Shown: piece by piece, positions 61,553-64,000 of the stretch
How the letters are laid out: every line of letters begins with the position of its first letter
Numbering within the stretch: position 1 is the first letter of the stretch
Assembly (NCBI GenBank): GCA_947626265.1
Contig: CANQRM010000005.1
Location: forward strand, 46,628-110,627
DNA: 64,000 nt
Direction: 5' to 3'
From: an uncultured Oscillospiraceae bacterium
GTDB taxonomy: Bacteria > Bacillota > Clostridia > Oscillospirales > Oscillospiraceae
The notes under the pieces: model-generated
The model's input: only the letters and a program-made list of their open reading frames with translations
The model's database searches: none
Told to the model about the DNA's origin: nothing
Translations under genes and position numbers: made by a program

Positions 61553-62344
61553 TTATTCGCCCTTTTTGGCCTGCTGCCAAAGGGCCTCCTGGGCCTCCAG
61601 GTCCATGTCCGGGAGGGCCTGTCCCGCCTGGGCGGCCAGTTCCTCCATCCTGGTATACCGGGCCACGAAGCGGTCGCTGGAGCCATTGAGGGCCTTCTCC
61701 GGGTCGATCTTCAAAAGCCTCGCCAGATTCACCGCGGCGGCCAGCACGTCGCCCAGCTCCTCCTCCACATGCTCCCCCGCGGCGATGGCCTCGTCCAGTT
61801 CCCCGATCTCCTCGGAGAGCTTTTCCCGGGCGCCGTGCCAGTCGGGCCAGTCAAAGCCGTCCTTTTTGGCCTTCTTCTGTATCTTTTCCGCCCGCCACAG
61901 GGCCGGCAGGCCGTCTGCCACGCTCTGCATGGCCTGGGCGGTGGACTTCTGGTCCTTCTCCTGTCGCTTCACCTCGTCCCAGGTGACCAGCACCTCTTCC
62001 GGGGTGTCCAGCTCCAGCTGCCCGAACACATGGGGATGGCGGCGTATCAGCTTCTTGCAGGCGCCGTCGCACACATCGTCGAAATCGAAGGTACCCTTCT
62101 CCTCCTCGATGCGGGCGTGAAACAAGACCTGCATCAGCAGGTCGCCCAGCTCCTCCAGAAGGTTGTCCATGTCGCCGGTGTCGATGGCCGTGGCCGTCTC
62201 ATAGGCCTCCTCCAGCAGGTCCCGGCGGATGGACTGGTGGGTCTGCACCTTGTCCCAGGGGCATCCGTTCTCGCTGCGGAGGATCGCCATGATGGCGCGG
62301 AAATCCTCCAGACCGTATTTATCCTTGTACTGAAAATCTACCAT
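61553..62344 (-). CDS. mazG: Nucleoside triphosphate pyrophosphohydrolase MazG
   Basis: [22 protein letters not shown], two EELGD(L/V)L motifs and RRHPHVFG. 263 aa. Confidence 0.9.
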   Translation of the reverse strand: MVDFQYKDKYGLEDFRAIMAILRSENGCPWDKVQTHQSIRRDLLEEAYETATAIDTGDMDNLLEELGDLLMQVLFHARIEEEKGTFDFDDVCDGACKKLIRRHPHVFGQLELDTPEEVLVTWDEVKRQEKDQKSTAQAMQSVADGLPALWRAEKIQKKAKKDGFDWPDWHGAREKLSEEIGELDEAIAAGEHVEEELGDVLAAAVNLARLLKIDPEKALNGSSDRFVARYTRMEELAAQAGQALPDMDLEAQEALWQQAKKGE

Positions 62345-62419
62345 ATTCTCCTGTCAACTGCAATAGGAAATTGCAAAATTGCGGACTTTTTAGCCCATTT
62401 TTCTGATTTTTATGCCATT

Positions 62420-64000
62420 TTAACGGATGTGGAGCCGTTTTGCAAGTCTTTCTCCCTTGGGGAAAAGCCTCATGTCTTCCATGGTGATGGCCCGCAGGGC
62501 GATGGCCATCACGCAGTAGACGATGACGCCCACGCCCACCGCCGCGGCGAAGGGCAGCAGCACATTGAGGCTCCGGCCCGCCAAGGCGCCGGTGACGCCG
62601 CCCATCAGCCCGTGCAGGAGGCTGTATACCGCCCAGGCCGCCACGGCCATGACGGCGGCGGAAAGCCCGCTGCGGCCGAACACCCTGCCCACGTTCACAG
62701 GCCTATCCATGTTCTTCGCCATGAAGAAGAGGTTCGACGAGAGCATCACCACATAGCAGCTCAGGGTGCCCAGAGGGGCGCCGTAGACGTTGATATTGGG
62801 GTTGCCCACCAGAACATAGGTGACCACCACCTTGGCGACGCCGCCCAGCAAAATGGAGATGAGGGGCAGCCGCTCGTTGCCGTTGGCCGGCAAAATGGAG
62901 TTGGTCATCAAACTCATGGTCATGAAGTAGCAGGTGATGCCAAGCTCGAAGAGCAGCAGCGCGCCCTGGCGCGCGCTCTCGGGATAGAGCACCTTCATGC
63001 AGGGCTCGGCCAGCACGGCCATGCCGACGGCCATGGGCAGGCACAAAAGCGTGCACATGCGCAGCGCGCTCTCCGCGATGCCGCACACGTCCTCCTTGCG
63101 CATCCTCGCCGCCGCGATGGCGGGCACGATGCTGGAGAGGAAGGGCACCACGAAGGCGGAGGGGACATTGTACACCGTCATGGCCTTGGCATACACGCCG
63201 TTCAGGACCTTGGCGGCGGTATCCGTATAGCCGGCGGCGTGCTGCAGCTGATTGAGGGTGATGCCCGAGTCGGCCAGCTGGATGAAGCTCATGACGGAGG
63301 TGGAGAGCGTGATGGGGATGCCGATGCGCAGCAGGTCCCACAGGATCTTCTTCCCCGGGTCGGGCACGTCCTTCGCCTCCGGGCCGGGGCGCACCTGATA
63401 CTTCCGGTGGACCTTGATCTGCATGTAGACCATGGCGGCCAGGGAGCTTACCGTGGTGCCCAGGATGGCGCCGGCGGCGCATATCTCCACGCTGTAGCCG
63501 TTTTTATAAAGCCACCCGGCGCAGCCCAGGCCCACCACCACCTTCACGGCGGTCTCGATGACCTGGCTCACCGTGGTGGGTATCATGTCCGCGTGGCCCT
63601 GGGCATAGCCCCGGTAGGCCGCGGTCACGCACACCAGCACCACGCTGGGGGCCATGATGAACACGCACCGGGCCGCCTGTATGTTGCCCATGGCGGAGGA
63701 CAGGGCCGCGGGGAACAGCATCATCGCCGCCGTCCCCACCGCGCCCAGGGCCAGGAAAGCCCAGATGGCGACCTTAAATATCTCGTGGACCTGGTTGTCC
63801 TTGTCCAGGCTGTCCGCCTCGGAGATCATACGGCTCATAGCCACAGGGATGCCAGCCGTCGCCACCGTGAGAAAGACGTTATAGATCTTATACGTCATGT
63901 CAAAGTGGGTGAAGCCCTCGTCTCCCAGGATATTGCCCAGGGGTATCTTATAGACGGCCCCCAGTATTTTCACCAGGATGATGCCAACGGTGTAGATGGC
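62420..64000 (-). CDS. MOP-superfamily flippase (SpoVB / MurJ-like), 5' end outside the window
   Basis: Polytopic membrane protein ...ILGAVYKIPLGNILGDEGFTHFDMTYKIYNVFLTVATAGIPVAMSRMISE. The frame stays open to the window end, so the first codon in the ORF track is an internal GTG. Synteny spoVB-mazG-hup-yabO is typical of spore-formers. Confidence 0.8.
   Translation of the reverse strand, partial: AIYTVGIILVKILGAVYKIPLGNILGDEGFTHFDMTYKIYNVFLTVATAGIPVAMSRMISEADSLDKDNQVHEIFKVAIWAFLALGAVGTAAMMLFPAALSSAMGNIQAARCVFIMAPSVVLVCVTAAYRGYAQGHADMIPTTVSQVIETAVKVVVGLGCAGWLYKNGYSVEICAAGAILGTTVSSLAAMVYMQIKVHRKYQVRPGPEAKDVPDPGKKILWDLLRIGIPITLSTSVMSFIQLADSGITLNQLQHAAGYTDTAAKVLNGVYAKAMTVYNVPSAFVVPFLSSIVPAIAAARMRKEDVCGIAESALRMCTLLCLPMAVGMAVLAEPCMKVLYPESARQGALLLFELGITCYFMTMSLMTNSILPANGNERLPLISILLGGVAKVVVTYVLVGNPNINVYGAPLGTLSCYVVMLSSNLFFMAKNMDRPVNVGRVFGRSGLSAAVMAVAAWAVYSLLHGLMGGVTGALAGRSLNVLLPFAAAVGVGVIVYCVMAIALRAITMEDMRLFPKGERLAKRLHIR

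Overview
GC-rich Firmicutes/Clostridia-type chromosomal segment; spore and cell-wall genes (ypeB, spoVB-like, an SLH-domain protein) support that placement. Host flanks: a minus-strand mglBAC-like sugar ABC operon and small accessory genes (1-4865) on the left. On the right are housekeeping genes (41598-64000): ypeB, gltX, trpS, a large SLH surface protein, serA-serC, mtaB, nifS-like, a radical SAM gene, pgi, a D-Ala-D-Ala carboxypeptidase, yabO-like S4, hup, mazG and spoVB-like. Between them lies a roughly 36.4 kb siphovirus-like temperate prophage (about 5112-41469) integrated into the 3' half of tRNA-Val(GAC). The intact tRNA is at 41423-41498 and a displaced 47-nt 3' copy is at 5087-5133. 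Prophage order: integrase, CI-like repressor, divergent switch, early genes, Cro-like and Xis-like HTH proteins, replication organiser with internal ori-like repeats, DnaB, ParA/ParB, two orphan DNA methyltransferases (the second frameshifted at a G10 run), HUH Rep-like protein, HNH, portal, MuF-like, TerL, scaffold, capsid, connectors, tail tube, chaperone, tape measure, Dit, Tal, BppU-like fibre, then a diversity-generating retroelement (DGR) and the lysis cassette. The DGR is the key finding. VR is 36738-36885, at the 3' end of tail-fibre-like CDS 35215-36921. TR is 36988-37135. The reverse transcriptase is 37371-38639. Fifteen of the 16 VR/TR mismatches fall on TR adenines. The cassette is compact: I could not recognise an Avd-type accessory gene, and the RT looks divergent. 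All calls come from reading the sequence and ORF translations by eye; no database search was possible.
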